DNA of 64,000 bases. Source: Gloeobacterales cyanobacterium. GTDB taxonomy: Bacteria; Cyanobacteriota; Cyanobacteriia; Gloeobacterales; PMM-0068. A model generated the notes under the pieces. The model worked only from the letters and a program-made list of their open reading frames with translations, did not search any database and had not been told where the DNA came from. Made by a program: the position numbers and the translations under genes. Positions 8,881 through 20,415 of the stretch are shown here, one piece after another (the stretch's first letter is position 1; each line of letters starts with the position of its first letter). Location of the stretch: contig JBBRSB010000029.1 in assembly GCA_038245785.1 (NCBI GenBank), forward strand, positions 1 through 64,000. The letters are read 5' to 3'.

Positions 8881-8991
8881 GTAAATTATGGAACCTATCA
8901 TCGTGGTTTCGTCGGAGATATGATGTACCAAGTTCCTGTGGTTCCGCCAGCAACCGATCTGCCCGTTTTTCTACGCGATGTTTGGCAGTAG
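8881..8991 (+). pseudogene. C-terminal remnant of a DinB-family protein
   Basis: VNYGTYHRGFVGDMMYQVPVVPPATDLPVFLRD resembles the NHxTYHRG C-terminus of DinB/YfiT proteins. Confidence 0.6.
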
Positions 8992-9027
8992 CAGCAACTT
9001 GCCCTTAACCCTTACTAACGGAAATCC

Positions 9028-10233
9028 ATGCCCATCGCTCCCCTAAGCTGGCCAGAACTAGAAGCCCTCACCGACTTCCACGTAGACACTATCAATGGCC
9101 CTACCAACGCTCAAGCTCGGTTGCGTCTGTTTGGCCATACCGAATCCGAGGTGCGGGTGACGCTATACCGCGACCATCACGCCTGGTGTCCCTACTGCCA
9201 GAAAATCTGGCTGTGGCTAGAGGAAAAACAGATCCCCTACCGCATCGAGAAAGTGACGATGTTCTGCTACGGGGAGAAAGAGAGCTGGTACAAGCGCAAG
9301 GTGCCATCGGGTATGCTGCCAGCCATTGAGCTTGATGGCCGCATCATCACGGAAAGCGACGACATTTTGATAGCCCTGGAACAGGTTTTTGGCCCCTTGG
9401 GGCCGGGCATGAAAGACCCAACAGTGCTCCCCATGAGGCGACTAGAGCGACTTCTATTTAGAGCCTGGTGCTCTTGGCTTTGCTATCCAGCGCGTTCAGC
9501 TCAGGAAGAGCAGCGCAACCGAGACCAGTTCAAAGAAACGGCAACTAAAGTCGAGGAGGCTTTGGGCAGCACTCCAGGCCCTTACTTCTTGGATCAGTTC
9601 AGCACCGCCGACGTGATCTTTACGCCCTATGTCGAACGGATGAATGCCAGTCTCTATTACTACAAGGGCTACTCGTTAAGAGAGGAAAACCCTCGTTTAA
9701 ACGCCTGGTTTGCAGCGATGGAAAGCCGACCCACCTATCGCGGTACTCAGAGCGATTTCCACACCCACGCCCATGATTTACCGCCCCAGATGGGAGGCTG
9801 TTGGGAAAACGGTGAGCCCCAGATGCTACTTAACAAGGCAAGGGTGGATAACGGTCCCTGGGAAGGGCTACCCGATGTGACGTACCCAGAGCCCGAAAAC
9901 TCTCGTGTTGAAGCGCTCCAACGGGTGCTCAAGCACCGAAACAATATCATTCGCGTAAATCCTGCCGATGACAAATTGTTTGATCAAGCCCTGCGCTGTG
10001 CGCTGACACAGATGATGACGGGTGAAGCCTGTATGCCACCGTCAGGGTCTGATCCCGCTCTGAGATATTTGCGCGACCGGATTAGTGTACCTCGGGACAT
10101 GTCTATCTATGCGTCTAAGCGGCTGAGGCAATCTCTGGAGGAAACCGCTGCCTTAGCGGGCGATGGTCAAGGCCCTCCCATTCCCATGAAACATCGGCGG
10201 GACCAGGACCCGGCTAATTTTGCTAAGCATTAG
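9028..10233 (+). CDS. Glutathione S-transferase family protein
   Basis: [26 protein letters not shown]. Confidence 0.85.
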   Translation: MPIAPLSWPELEALTDFHVDTINGPTNAQARLRLFGHTESEVRVTLYRDHHAWCPYCQKIWLWLEEKQIPYRIEKVTMFCYGEKESWYKRKVPSGMLPAIELDGRIITESDDILIALEQVFGPLGPGMKDPTVLPMRRLERLLFRAWCSWLCYPARSAQEEQRNRDQFKETATKVEEALGSTPGPYFLDQFSTADVIFTPYVERMNASLYYYKGYSLREENPRLNAWFAAMESRPTYRGTQSDFHTHAHDLPPQMGGCWENGEPQMLLNKARVDNGPWEGLPDVTYPEPENSRVEALQRVLKHRNNIIRVNPADDKLFDQALRCALTQMMTGEACMPPSGSDPALRYLRDRISVPRDMSIYASKRLRQSLEETAALAGDGQGPPIPMKHRRDQDPANFAKH

Positions 10234-10260
10234 GACATCCATACACAAGGATGAAAGAAA

Positions 10261-11277
10261 TTGGCGGACCATCCTTCTAACCTCCTTTGGGTACAAACTA
10301 CCTGGCTTGAGCAAGCCAGTAGCTGGATTGAAAATGAGCTGCAACGACAAGGTATAAGACGCATTGGCCCCATTGAGCAGCCTCATGTTCGTCCTTGGTC
10401 AACGGTACTCCGAATCCCCACGAACATAGGCGACATCTACTTCAAGGCGGTTGTACCCGAGCTTGCCTATGAACCAGCCCTTACCCAAACGCTATCGCAT
10501 GTGTATCCAAACTGCATGCCGCATGTCTTAGCAAGCAACAGGGAGCAAGGTTGGCTGCTCATGTCTGATGGAGGCAACAGGCTTCGGGAACGTCTTAAAA
10601 CAGAGGACGATATTCAGCACTGGCAGGTGCTCTTGCCAATCTATGCAGAAATGCAGAAGAAGTCTGCTCAACATTTAGATGAGCTTTTAGAACTTGGTCT
10701 GCCTGACCGCCGTTTAGCCATTTTGCCAACAAAGTTCCAGGAACTATTGACGAATACTGAAGCGTTGGCGCTGAATCATCCTGGTGGACTTAGTGCCATT
10801 AAGTATCACCAATTACAAGACAGTGTTGCTCTATGTGCAAGGCTGTGTGAGCAGCTAGCGGCCTTTGGCGTGCCAGAGACGCTCGATCATGGAGACCTAC
10901 ACGATGGAAACGTCTTTATTCATAATGGACAGTACCTGCTCTTTGACTGGGGTGATAGTAGTGCCGCTCATCCTTTTTTCACGATGCGCAACACCTACGA
11001 TAGTTTGGAGCGAAGATTTGGACTGGAAAAAAGTTCATTCTGGTTTCAGCGGCTTAGAGATTGCTACTTAGAGGTCTGGACTGAATATGAATCTAGAGAA
11101 AAGCTAGAGGAAGCTTTTGCACTCGCCCAAAAACTATTCCCTATTCCCTCCGCCTTGCGTTGGCTACCCGTACTCGCCAATATGGATGAAGCGACTCGAA
11201 ATAAATATATCGAGGCCATTCCTAATCTGCTGCGGGAGTTCTTAAGTACGATAAAAGCCTATGAAGATAAGTTTTGA
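10261..11277 (+). CDS. Aminoglycoside-phosphotransferase-like kinase
   Basis: HGDLHDGN and FDWGD motifs. Confidence 0.8.
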   Translation: MADHPSNLLWVQTTWLEQASSWIENELQRQGIRRIGPIEQPHVRPWSTVLRIPTNIGDIYFKAVVPELAYEPALTQTLSHVYPNCMPHVLASNREQGWLLMSDGGNRLRERLKTEDDIQHWQVLLPIYAEMQKKSAQHLDELLELGLPDRRLAILPTKFQELLTNTEALALNHPGGLSAIKYHQLQDSVALCARLCEQLAAFGVPETLDHGDLHDGNVFIHNGQYLLFDWGDSSAAHPFFTMRNTYDSLERRFGLEKSSFWFQRLRDCYLEVWTEYESREKLEEAFALAQKLFPIPSALRWLPVLANMDEATRNKYIEAIPNLLREFLSTIKAYEDKF

Positions 11278-11294
11278 TGCATGGGAGGTCCTAA

Positions 11295-11906
11295 ATGGGC
11301 AAGGGACGATTAGAGGCATTTAGCGATGGTGTACTGGCGATCATCATCACAATCATGGTGCTGGAGTTAAAGGTGCCACATGGAGACGATCTGTCTGCTC
11401 TGTATTCCTTAATTCCCGTATTTATTAGCTACGTGCTCAGCTTTGTTTATATAGGCATCTATTGGAATAACCATCACCATATGTTCCAAGCTGTTCAGCA
11501 CGTAAACGGGCCGATTCTTTGGGCTAATTTGCATCTTCTTTTCTGGCTTTCGTTGATTCCGTTTGTGACTGGGTGGATGGGTGAGAATCACTTTGCCGCG
11601 CGACCCGTTGCCCTTTACGGTTCAGTTCTGCTGATGGCGGCCATCGCTTACTTCATCCTGTCCCGTGTCCTCATTAAGCACCATGGGCAGGATTCAGCCC
11701 TGGCTGCCGCTTTTGGTAATGACTTCAAAGACAAAGCTTCTTTAGTTATCTATACTGCGGCTGTACCTTTGTCGTTCATTAATCAATGGGTATCTTTCAG
11801 TCTGTATGTTCTAGTAGCCCTCATCTGGTTCATCCCTGATCGTCGTATTGAAAAGGTACTCAACGGTGGTAGCGAAGTTGGCACTATGAGGAAGGAAAGG
11901 ATGTGA
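11295..11906 (+). CDS. TMEM175-family potassium channel
   Basis: RLEAFSDGVLAIIITIMVLEL, YWNNHH. Confidence 0.9.
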   Translation: MGKGRLEAFSDGVLAIIITIMVLELKVPHGDDLSALYSLIPVFISYVLSFVYIGIYWNNHHHMFQAVQHVNGPILWANLHLLFWLSLIPFVTGWMGENHFAARPVALYGSVLLMAAIAYFILSRVLIKHHGQDSALAAAFGNDFKDKASLVIYTAAVPLSFINQWVSFSLYVLVALIWFIPDRRIEKVLNGGSEVGTMRKERM

Positions 11907-11918
11907 GAAATGAAGCCA

Positions 11919-12776
11919 TCACGCTACTTGTTCAGGCTCAGGCATAAGTTCGAAGGGGATTACTTCTTCAGGAACCTGGTGACTCCATACCTCTAAGTGA
12001 TTCATTTTCGCTTCTCCATACCATTGAGCAAAGGGAGTATTGGCGGCATCGTACCCAACTGCAATCGGAATCAAATGTTCCTTTGCTGCTTTGCGCGTAG
12101 GATCAAATAAGTGCCATTGACCATCCACGTAGGCTTCGAAACAGGCATGGAAGTCGGGCGGGTCAAGAGCAAGAGCATAGCCCGCTACAAAACGAGCGGG
12201 GATACCCAGAGCACGGCAAAAAGTAATGCCCACATGGGCAAAATCTCGGCAGACTCCCGTGCGTTGGATCAAAGTATCATGCGCCGAGGTGTTAACATCA
12301 CTGGTCCCATAGCGATATTCAATGTTGTTGTAAATCCAATCGCAGAGCCTACTGACTTTTGCTTGGTCCCAACTTGACGCGTTGGATGTCAGTTCCCCCA
12401 ATAACTTCTCCGTGAGCGAAGCTAATCGATGGGACGGACAGTAGAGACTGGGTAATAGAAAGGGGAGCACTTCAGCAGGGAAAGGGCTAGAAGTCTTTTC
12501 TGAGGCGCTCCAAGACAGAGGCTCAATGGCCGTTATCGTTGGGCTTGTTGAAACGAAGGCTCTATAGGTAATGAGAACATTGCCGCCCGTTGGTTGAAGG
12601 CGAACACTCCGGTTACCAAAGGTATCCTGCGTAGCTTCTAGACAGAGATCGGGGTTTGTTTGGAAGGTTTCTTGGAGGACCTTCTGTCCTCGTCCGGTAT
12701 AAGGCTGTATCGTCAGCATAAAATTTGCTGGGCCTACGCACTGGTAGCCCAACCTACAACCAACTTCGAGATTCAT
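11919..12776 (-). CDS. Transglutaminase-like protein
   Basis: GVCRDFAH, DFHACFE, FDPT catalytic triad motifs. Confidence 0.9.
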   Translation of the reverse strand: MNLEVGCRLGYQCVGPANFMLTIQPYTGRGQKVLQETFQTNPDLCLEATQDTFGNRSVRLQPTGGNVLITYRAFVSTSPTITAIEPLSWSASEKTSSPFPAEVLPFLLPSLYCPSHRLASLTEKLLGELTSNASSWDQAKVSRLCDWIYNNIEYRYGTSDVNTSAHDTLIQRTGVCRDFAHVGITFCRALGIPARFVAGYALALDPPDFHACFEAYVDGQWHLFDPTRKAAKEHLIPIAVGYDAANTPFAQWYGEAKMNHLEVWSHQVPEEVIPFELMPEPEQVA

Positions 12777-12885
12777 TTTGGGGGATAGAGGCTATCTCGG
12801 ATAGAGGTGAGATTTTGCCTATATCTAATCTCGCATTCCTGATTGATCCCAGCAAGCATTATTTAGCAATTCGTCTTTAGCGGTC

Positions 12886-13161
12886 TTAACCGCCCGCGAT
12901 CGCTGGCACGATGCTCACTTCATCGCCAGGCTGCAGGGGAGTGTCTTTTCCTTGGAGAAAACGGATATCTTCGCTATTAACGTAAAAATTCACGAAACGA
13001 CGGAGATTGCCGGTTTCGTCACAGAGACGTCCTTTGATGCCGGGACAGGATACCTCTAGGGACTCAATCAGCTCAGACACACTGGCACCAGCGCAGGCAA
13101 TCGTGGCCTGATTGTTGGTCAACTTTTGCAGGGGGGTGGGGATTAAAACGTTAACAGTCAT
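12886..13161 (-). CDS. MoaD/ThiS-family sulfur carrier
   Basis: IPTPLQKLT...[10 protein letters not shown] with C-terminal GG. Confidence 0.9.
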   Translation of the reverse strand: MTVNVLIPTPLQKLTNNQATIACAGASVSELIESLEVSCPGIKGRLCDETGNLRRFVNFYVNSEDIRFLQGKDTPLQPGDEVSIVPAIAGG

Positions 13162-13180
13162 GGGTCTCTCTACTCTGAAT

Positions 13181-14509
13181 CTAAACGGGGGTTTGTTGCC
13201 ATTCCAAGCGGTCAAGCGTCCGAGAACGCTCTAGTGCCCGCTCAAAGCTGTCTAAGCTTGGGTTGATATACAGGGGTTCGCCTGCATAACTGGCCACAGC
13301 CTCTTGGGTTTTCAGTCCGTTGCCTGTAATTACGGCTACGGTGCGCTCATCAGGATTGATTTTGCCTGCTTCAACAAGCTTTTTGAGAACAGCAATGGTC
13401 GTACCGCCTGCAGTCTCGGTGAACAAGCCTTCTGTTTCCGCTAAAAGCTTGATCCCTTCGATGATTTCAGGGTCTGTAACAGAGGCGATGCTGCCACCTG
13501 TTTTACGAGCGACATCTAGGGCATAGACGCCATCAGCAGGATTGCCAATCGCGATCGATTTGGCAATGGTGTCAGGACGGACAGGATCGATGAAGTCACG
13601 CTCTTCACGGAATGCTTTAGCGATAGGAGAGCATCCTTCCGCTTGAGCCCCAGAGCAGCGTACGTTCTTATCGGCCACTAGTCCGGTCTTGATAAATTCT
13701 TGGAAACCTTTGTGAATCTTGGTGAAAAGAGAGCCAGAAGCCAAAGGCGCGACAATGTGGTCAGGAAGTTCCCAACCCAGTTGCTCGGCAATTTCAAAGC
13801 CGATGGTCTTAGAGCCTTCGGAATAATAGGGGCGGAGGTTGATATTTACAAATCCCCAACCGTAGCGGTCTGCCACCTCAGAACAAAGGCGATTGACCTG
13901 GTCGTAGTTACCTTCGACGGCTAGAACCTGAGGGCCATAAATCAGGGTGCCCAGGACTTTGCCCGCTTCTAAATTCGAAGGAATAAAGACAAAACATTCC
14001 ATGCCTGCATAGGCGGCAATCGCTGCGGTGGAGTTCGCCAAATTTCCGGTACTGGCGCAGGCGACGGTAGTGAATCCCAATTCCCGCGCTCGGGTCAAAG
14101 CAACAGAAACCACCCGGTCTTTGAAACTTAGGGTTGGGGTGTTAACCGCATCGTTCTTTATATAGAGTTCTTTCAGTCCTAGGCGACGGGCAAGGCGGTC
14201 TGCTCTGACCAGGGGCGTTAGCCCTGTGCCTAAGTCGATCAAATTATCAGAAGTAACGGGCAAGAAGGGGCGATAGCGCCAAATGGAAAGAGGACCGGCC
14301 TGGATACTGGCTCGGGTTACCTGACGGGCGATGGCCTCGTAATCATAGTGGGCTTCTAGAGGCCCAAAGCAAAATTCACATACATGGGTAGCCTTGGCTT
14401 CGTACTCACTGCCACACTCACGACAGCGCAAGCCTTTGAGCGTAGAGTGCTTACTAATATCCTGGCTGGCTGCTGTTAAAGAATCTGTAAATATCTGCTT
14501 AGCGGTCAT
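13181..14509 (-). CDS. thrC: Threonine synthase (PLP-dependent)
   Basis: [16 protein letters not shown]; typical pairing with a MoaD-like gene. Confidence 0.85.
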   Translation of the reverse strand: MTAKQIFTDSLTAASQDISKHSTLKGLRCRECGSEYEAKATHVCEFCFGPLEAHYDYEAIARQVTRASIQAGPLSIWRYRPFLPVTSDNLIDLGTGLTPLVRADRLARRLGLKELYIKNDAVNTPTLSFKDRVVSVALTRARELGFTTVACASTGNLANSTAAIAAYAGMECFVFIPSNLEAGKVLGTLIYGPQVLAVEGNYDQVNRLCSEVADRYGWGFVNINLRPYYSEGSKTIGFEIAEQLGWELPDHIVAPLASGSLFTKIHKGFQEFIKTGLVADKNVRCSGAQAEGCSPIAKAFREERDFIDPVRPDTIAKSIAIGNPADGVYALDVARKTGGSIASVTDPEIIEGIKLLAETEGLFTETAGGTTIAVLKKLVEAGKINPDERTVAVITGNGLKTQEAVASYAGEPLYINPSLDSFERALERSRTLDRLEWQQTPV

Positions 14510-14560
14510 AAAAGCAAGTTCTTTAAGGGTTCGTGAAAATATAGCACGCCCTGTCAACCC

Positions 14561-15877
14561 CTACAAACAATCCTGACTAAAAAAGTCAGGATTGAATTCT
14601 TCTTCTCCGAGGCACCAAAACAAACTGAGCCATAACCAGAACTGTGCATTTACCCGAGCATCATTAAAAGCCACGTCAAATAGGCCAAAGACGAAATAGG
14701 CAAACAGCGCTAAGCCTAAGCCCATTGCTAACCAGCGGGTGGATGAATCGAGCCTAGGCCATGCCTTAAATCCTCTCCAGAACGAAAACCCATAAAATCC
14801 TAGCAATGCTAGCGCTACCGGAAAGCCCATGTCGGCAAAGTAAGCAAGGTAGAGATTATGGGCATGGATGGTATCCCCTTTTTTCTTGTAAATAGTGGTA
14901 GATACGGTCGGAAAAGATTCTAGGCCCCAACCTGTCAAAGGACGAGCCTGGGCCATTTGCCAGGCAATATTCCAGGCTTCCAAGCGGTTCTGAGTAGAGC
15001 TGTAGGAAGAAGTTGTTTTATCTATACTGTCTTGAAGTTTTGCCCAAATCACCTCAGGCACTACCTTGCGACTGGCTTGGACCCAAGATTGCTGTGGAGA
15101 GCCAAACCCCGCCACCAGGGATAGTCCTATCACTAAGCTCAGGATTCCTATCGTCCACCAGCGTTTGCCATAGGCCAGCAGGATTCCCAGGGCTAAAAAG
15201 ATTCCACCCCAAGCATTCCGTGACTGCGTTCCAATCAAGCTGATAAAGCTGACTAAGGCGCTATAACCGCTCCAGGCGCGTGCAGACAGAGAGACTTTGC
15301 TGAGGGCTAGAGCAAATCCCATCGGAACTATCAATAAAAAGTAGGCTGCGGCTGTGGTAGGCCAGCCAAAAAAGGAAGTGACACGCTCAAGAACGCCAGA
15401 TTCTCTCGACCCAAGGGTAAGCGTGATCTTCGCGCCCCAATGAGCCAAATCCAGGAGAACCAGTTCCTGATTCTTATCTAAGGCCCATTCCAGCACTCCT
15501 ACCGTGCCTGCGAACACGCCACCGGCCAAAGACCACAACAAAACCTGTTTTAGCTGTTCTGGAGTTTTGACCAAGCGGGTGATCAGCCAGAAAAACAAGA
15601 AGAACGGTAGATAGTTGAATAGTCCTGGCAAGCTAACTAGAGGGTTATAGGCGAGAAGGCTGGTTAGAAAGAGTCCTAAACTGATCAGGGCAAGCGCTTT
15701 CATGGCCTGAACAGGTCTTTGCGTCTGATTGCGCTCTGATTTTCTAGTGCGTAGTTCTCCTCCGAGAGCAATCAGCCAGCATAGGAGAACGAGCACAGCA
15801 CTGACTGGAATGGTGGCGCATCCAAAAAGGAAAAATCGCCATGACCAACTATCTTTAGAGGAATGAACCTGACTCAT
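14561..15877 (-). CDS. O-antigen ligase-family membrane protein
   Basis: Multiple TM segments, TQSRNAW, RPLTGWG, HAHNLYL. Confidence 0.8.
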   Translation of the reverse strand: MSQVHSSKDSWSWRFFLFGCATIPVSAVLVLLCWLIALGGELRTRKSERNQTQRPVQAMKALALISLGLFLTSLLAYNPLVSLPGLFNYLPFFLFFWLITRLVKTPEQLKQVLLWSLAGGVFAGTVGVLEWALDKNQELVLLDLAHWGAKITLTLGSRESGVLERVTSFFGWPTTAAAYFLLIVPMGFALALSKVSLSARAWSGYSALVSFISLIGTQSRNAWGGIFLALGILLAYGKRWWTIGILSLVIGLSLVAGFGSPQQSWVQASRKVVPEVIWAKLQDSIDKTTSSYSSTQNRLEAWNIAWQMAQARPLTGWGLESFPTVSTTIYKKKGDTIHAHNLYLAYFADMGFPVALALLGFYGFSFWRGFKAWPRLDSSTRWLAMGLGLALFAYFVFGLFDVAFNDARVNAQFWLWLSLFWCLGEEEFNPDFFSQDCL

Positions 15878-15970
15878 AAAATTATTGAGTAGCGGGACGT
15901 AACCTAGGGAGAAAACCGTGAAGAGATCACCATTGCATCCAAACCAGCATATTTACTTATCATCCCACTG

Positions 15971-16510
15971 ATGGCTCTCATTCTGATCACCGGACCGAGT
16001 CGCTCGGGAAAAAGCGAATGGGCAGAAGCTCTAGCCCAGAGGACAGGCCAGCCAATTATCTATATTGCAACGGCAATCCACAATTTAGAGGATTTGGAGT
16101 GGGAAGCGCGCATTACCCAGCATCAAAAAAGACGTCCTGAATCCTGGAAAGTTCTTGAGCTGAATCAAGAATTGATCGCCTATCTCCAAAACAAACGAGA
16201 CTCTACCTCCTGTTTGTTAATTGATTCGCTAGGCACCTGGATCGCCACCTGGCTGGAAGAACCTGAAGCAGTTTGGCAACCGATAGCCACAGCGTTTACC
16301 CAATTGATTACTCACTACCAGGGAACCGTCATTCTCGTTAGCGAAGAAGTTGGTTGGGGCCTAGTCCCGGTCTATCCCCTAGGCAGAATTTTCCGAGACC
16401 GTTTAGGCATGCTTAATCAACGATTAGCCCGTCAAGCAGAAGAAGCTTATCTCGTGGTTAGTGGCTATGCCTTAGATTTGAAAAAACTTGGAATCCCAAC
16501 TCAAAAATAA
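15971..16510 (+). CDS. cobU: Adenosylcobinamide kinase/guanylyltransferase
   Basis: GPSRSGKS, YIATA, VSEEVGWG, FRDRLG. Confidence 0.9.
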   Translation: MALILITGPSRSGKSEWAEALAQRTGQPIIYIATAIHNLEDLEWEARITQHQKRRPESWKVLELNQELIAYLQNKRDSTSCLLIDSLGTWIATWLEEPEAVWQPIATAFTQLITHYQGTVILVSEEVGWGLVPVYPLGRIFRDRLGMLNQRLARQAEEAYLVVSGYALDLKKLGIPTQK

Positions 16511-17439
16511 TCACTCAAAATACCTTTAAGCGTACTGTATTTAGAGGGGATACCTAGGATCTCAGGATTGGTTACCTCAAATCGGAGGTGTCGCGTTTCT
16601 ATGTTATAGCGGTCCCAAGGATCTAGTTGAATATTGAAGAGCTTAATAATCAATTCTATAAGTGGTTTTGAAAGATTAATTTTAAAGGAAGGAGTTTTAT
16701 AGCCTAAATGTTCGGACAATTCTTTGATTATTTCCTCTGTAGTCGTATTTGGATTGCCTAAGACTAGATTCTTGTCTGGAGAACCGTTATCCAAAACATG
16801 TTTGACTACAAGCGCAATGTCATAGGCATGAACAAAATGCAGACTGCCCTCTACGTTTATAAAGCGGATGATATTCATCCAACGGCGTATTTGCTGAATA
16901 CCCGACGAAACGTGAGAGTAGGGATGGTCTTTATCTCCTCCAAAGATGACAGTTGGATAAAGTGTTGTTATCCGATCATAAGCTTTTAGACTGGAAAGCT
17001 TTTCGTGCACCACATATTTACTGCGAATATAATCACCGCCAAGCGCTCCTGCCTCTGGAAGTAATTGTGATTGATTTTTGCTATCTAAAATACTGGCTGT
17101 AGAAAAGTAGAGGATTCTATGGCATTTAGAGTTTTCTAAAAGTTGAAAGAGTTGCAATGTATAGTCAACATTCACTTCGAAGGGGGTGTTGCCTCCGCCC
17201 CAGGCTGCTGCCAGATGAATTACCTGATCCATGGATTCAAGGACTGCTTTGAAGTCTTGAATTTGACTCAAATCTCCACGATGCACCGTAACATTTGGAT
17301 AACTGCTGGGATCATACTTGAGCTTTTTGGGGTCGCGGATCAATAGATGGAGATGGTACTGGGGATCGGACACCAAGCGATGAAAAACATAGTGCCCTAC
17401 GCAGCCACTAGCCCCAGTAATAAAAATGTTTTGCGTCAT
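16501..17439 (-). CDS. NAD-dependent epimerase/dehydratase
   Basis: ITGASGCVG, YIRSK (YxxxK). Confidence 0.85.
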   Translation of the reverse strand: MTQNIFITGASGCVGHYVFHRLVSDPQYHLHLLIRDPKKLKYDPSSYPNVTVHRGDLSQIQDFKAVLESMDQVIHLAAAWGGGNTPFEVNVDYTLQLFQLLENSKCHRILYFSTASILDSKNQSQLLPEAGALGGDYIRSKYVVHEKLSSLKAYDRITTLYPTVIFGGDKDHPYSHVSSGIQQIRRWMNIIRFINVEGSLHFVHAYDIALVVKHVLDNGSPDKNLVLGNPNTTTEEIIKELSEHLGYKTPSFKINLSKPLIELIIKLFNIQLDPWDRYNIETRHLRFEVTNPEILGIPSKYSTLKGILSDYF

Positions 17440-17469
17440 AATCAGAACGGTAAGTTTTGAAGGGAACCC

Positions 17470-18441
17470 TTGTCAATCTGCAGTCGGACGGTCATTCGAG
17501 CCGCAGCCCTGGTATTAGGCTTGATTTTTTTATGGAATCCTTGTGCCCTAGAAGCCCGGCAGACAAGTCTCAAAAAAATCGCTCAACCCCAAGCTGCTCA
17601 CTATCACACCCTATTAACCAGGGTATGGCAAGTTGTCCAAGACCGATATTATGATCCCCAATTTCGGGGGCTGGACTGGCAAAGCTATCAAAAAATTTAT
17701 GCCCAGCGTTCCTATGACAAACCAGAGCAGGCCTATGAAGCGGCCCAAGAACTCCTGAGTAAACTGCAGGACCGCTATACCCGTTTTTTAGCTCCTGCTC
17801 AATTCCAAAAAGTAGCAGTGCCCAGTGTAGGTATGGTTGCTCCAGCATCTGCATCTAGTCCAGTCCTGGAAGCTAAAGCCTTATCAGGAGTTGGTTACCT
17901 TAAGCTCCATCGGTTTAATCCTCAAGCGGCATCGCAAATGGCTGAAGCGATTCAGCGTTTGCAGGGCCAGCAGGTTACAGGATTTATTTTGGACCTGAGA
18001 GATAACCGGGGTGGGCTTTTTGATAGTGCCGTGCAGATTGCTCAACAATGGCTAGGGACAGGCGTGGTCGCTCAGGTCTATGGACGAGGAGCGGCACAAT
18101 CGATAGAAGTTCAAGGTCAACCGCTGACCGAATTGCCCCTAGTGGTTCTGGTTAACCAAAGTTCTGGTTCCGCCAGTGAAATTTTGGCGGGCGTTCTTCA
18201 GGAGCGTGGACGGGCCAAGATCGTCGGATTGAAGACGTTTGGGAAAGCTTCTATTCAGACGGTATTTGCGGAAAAAGATGGCTCTGGCTTTTTTGTGACT
18301 ACCGCCCATTACCTGCTTCCCTCTGGCAAAGATATCGACCATCGGGGAATTCAGCCCGATATCGTCGTTTTTGATGGTCCCAAAAAAGAGCAAGACCCTT
18401 CTCTAGCGAAAGCTTTGTCTCTTTTGCAAAAAAAACTATAA
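17470..18441 (+). CDS. S41 (CtpA-like) carboxy-terminal protease lacking the PDZ domain
   Basis: LDLRDNRGG, SGSASE, TFGK; signal peptide. Confidence 0.85.
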   Translation: MSICSRTVIRAAALVLGLIFLWNPCALEARQTSLKKIAQPQAAHYHTLLTRVWQVVQDRYYDPQFRGLDWQSYQKIYAQRSYDKPEQAYEAAQELLSKLQDRYTRFLAPAQFQKVAVPSVGMVAPASASSPVLEAKALSGVGYLKLHRFNPQAASQMAEAIQRLQGQQVTGFILDLRDNRGGLFDSAVQIAQQWLGTGVVAQVYGRGAAQSIEVQGQPLTELPLVVLVNQSSGSASEILAGVLQERGRAKIVGLKTFGKASIQTVFAEKDGSGFFVTTAHYLLPSGKDIDHRGIQPDIVVFDGPKKEQDPSLAKALSLLQKKL

Positions 18442-18551
18442 ATTTCCTGCGCCAAGATACGTTTTCCTACTCGTAAAGGCACAATAGAACTGGACTCTGG
18501 ATGTATTGAAGACTACACTAGAGTGCTACGGTTGTGATTTAGGGCATACGC

Positions 18552-20366
18552 GTGGTGCATATAACGGGGGCCGCTGCCTTAGTGGATAGCCTGCACCGTC
18601 AGGGCGTCCAACACATTTTTGGCTATCCTGGGGGAGCAATTCTACCCATATACGACGAAGTTTACAAAGCAGAAGCGGAAGGTAAACTCAAGCATTTTCT
18701 GACCCGACATGAGCAAGGGGCGGCCCATGCGGCTGACGGCTATGCACGGGCGACCGGACGAACAGGCGTCTGCATGGCCACTTCTGGACCAGGGGCAACC
18801 AACCTTGTCACCGGAATTGCCACGGCTCATATGGATTCTGTGCCAATGGTGGTGGTCACCGGTCAAGTTCCCCGGCCTGCGATTGGCTCTGATGCCTTTC
18901 AAGAAGCGGATATTTTTGGTATTACGCTACCGATTGTCAAGCATTCCTATGTGGTTCGGGAAACCTCTGCTATCGCTCGGACAGTAGCTAGCGCTTTTCA
19001 TATTGCGGGTACAGGCCGACCCGGACCTGTTTTGATCGATGTACCTAAGGATGTTGGGACAGAAATCTTTGACTACAATCCAGAGCCCCCAAAAGTCCGC
19101 ATTGATGGCTATCGACCGACCACAAAAGGTAATCCGAGACAGATTCAGGCAGCTCTTGTACTCTTAGAGCAAGCTGGAAAGCCGCTGCTCTATGTCGGAG
19201 GCGGTGCTATTACGGCAGGAGCCTTTGCTGAGATTCGCCAACTGGCTGAACTTCTCCAAATTCCCGTAACCACGACCTTGATGGGGAAAGGATCTTTCCC
19301 AGAAAACCATCCTCTGTCTGTTGGCATGTTGGGTATGCACGGTACGGCCTACGCGAACTTCGCCGTTACGGAATGTGACCTATTGATTGCTGTGGGCGCT
19401 CGTTTTGACGACCGAGTGACCGGAAAACTCGATACTTTTGCCAGTGGAGCCAAGGTTATCCATATTGATATTGACCCCGCCGAAGTGGGCAAGAACCGAG
19501 GTCCTGAGGTCCCGATTGTTGGGGATGTGAAGATCGTGCTGCAAGACCTCTTGGAGCGGATGACGGCCCGCAATGGTAATGCCAAAAATTCTACAATTTT
19601 AACAGCTGCCTGGCTCAAACGAATAGACCAGTGGAAGCATGACTATCCTCTGCATGTTCCTCATGATGGGGTGCGCCTCTATCCGCAGGAAGTGATTGTT
19701 GCTTTTCGGGACCAGGCTCCTAATGCTTACTACACGACAGATGTTGGTCAGCATCAGATGTGGTCTGCTCAGTTTTTGCGCAATGGTAATCGCCAATGGA
19801 TTTCTTCGGCAGGTCTAGGAACGATGGGCTTTGGTTATCCAGCGGCCATTGGGGTCCAAGTTGCACTGCCTGAAGAACAGGTCGTCTGCATTGCTGGGGA
19901 CGCCAGTGTACAGATGAATATTCAGGAAATCGGCACGGCGGTGCAATACAACCTGCCCGTCAAGTGCGCGATTATCAACAATGGTTGGCAGGGAATGGTC
20001 CGTCAGTGGCAGCAGGCTTTCTATGAAGAACGCTACTCCAATTCGGATATGGCTCCCTCAATGCCCGATTTTGTCAAACTCGCTGAAGCTTTTGGCGCTA
20101 AAGGGGTAGTCGTAGACCATCCAGACCAGCTTCAAGCAGCGGTGAAGGACATTTTGGCCCATGATGGTCCGGTAGTAGCGGATTTCCAGGTGGTCCGCGA
20201 TGAAAATTGCTACCCAATGGTCCCCCCCAATTCCTCCAATGCTCAGATGATTGGCTTACCCGAGCGACCGATCACAGACCGGATTGAACTGGTTTATTGT
20301 CCGAACTGTGGCGCTAAAAATCCTTCTCTAAACCATTTCTGCCCTGAATGCGGCACAAAGCTCTGA
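18552..20366 (+). CDS. ilvB: Acetolactate synthase large subunit with C-terminal zinc ribbon
   Basis: [25 protein letters not shown]...CPEC tail. Confidence 0.95.
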   Translation: MVHITGAAALVDSLHRQGVQHIFGYPGGAILPIYDEVYKAEAEGKLKHFLTRHEQGAAHAADGYARATGRTGVCMATSGPGATNLVTGIATAHMDSVPMVVVTGQVPRPAIGSDAFQEADIFGITLPIVKHSYVVRETSAIARTVASAFHIAGTGRPGPVLIDVPKDVGTEIFDYNPEPPKVRIDGYRPTTKGNPRQIQAALVLLEQAGKPLLYVGGGAITAGAFAEIRQLAELLQIPVTTTLMGKGSFPENHPLSVGMLGMHGTAYANFAVTECDLLIAVGARFDDRVTGKLDTFASGAKVIHIDIDPAEVGKNRGPEVPIVGDVKIVLQDLLERMTARNGNAKNSTILTAAWLKRIDQWKHDYPLHVPHDGVRLYPQEVIVAFRDQAPNAYYTTDVGQHQMWSAQFLRNGNRQWISSAGLGTMGFGYPAAIGVQVALPEEQVVCIAGDASVQMNIQEIGTAVQYNLPVKCAIINNGWQGMVRQWQQAFYEERYSNSDMAPSMPDFVKLAEAFGAKGVVVDHPDQLQAAVKDILAHDGPVVADFQVVRDENCYPMVPPNSSNAQMIGLPERPITDRIELVYCPNCGAKNPSLNHFCPECGTKL

Positions 20367-20415
20367 ATGGGTCCTTCTCTGGAATGGCTGGCTGAGGTGT
20401 ATGCAGATCTTGGAA

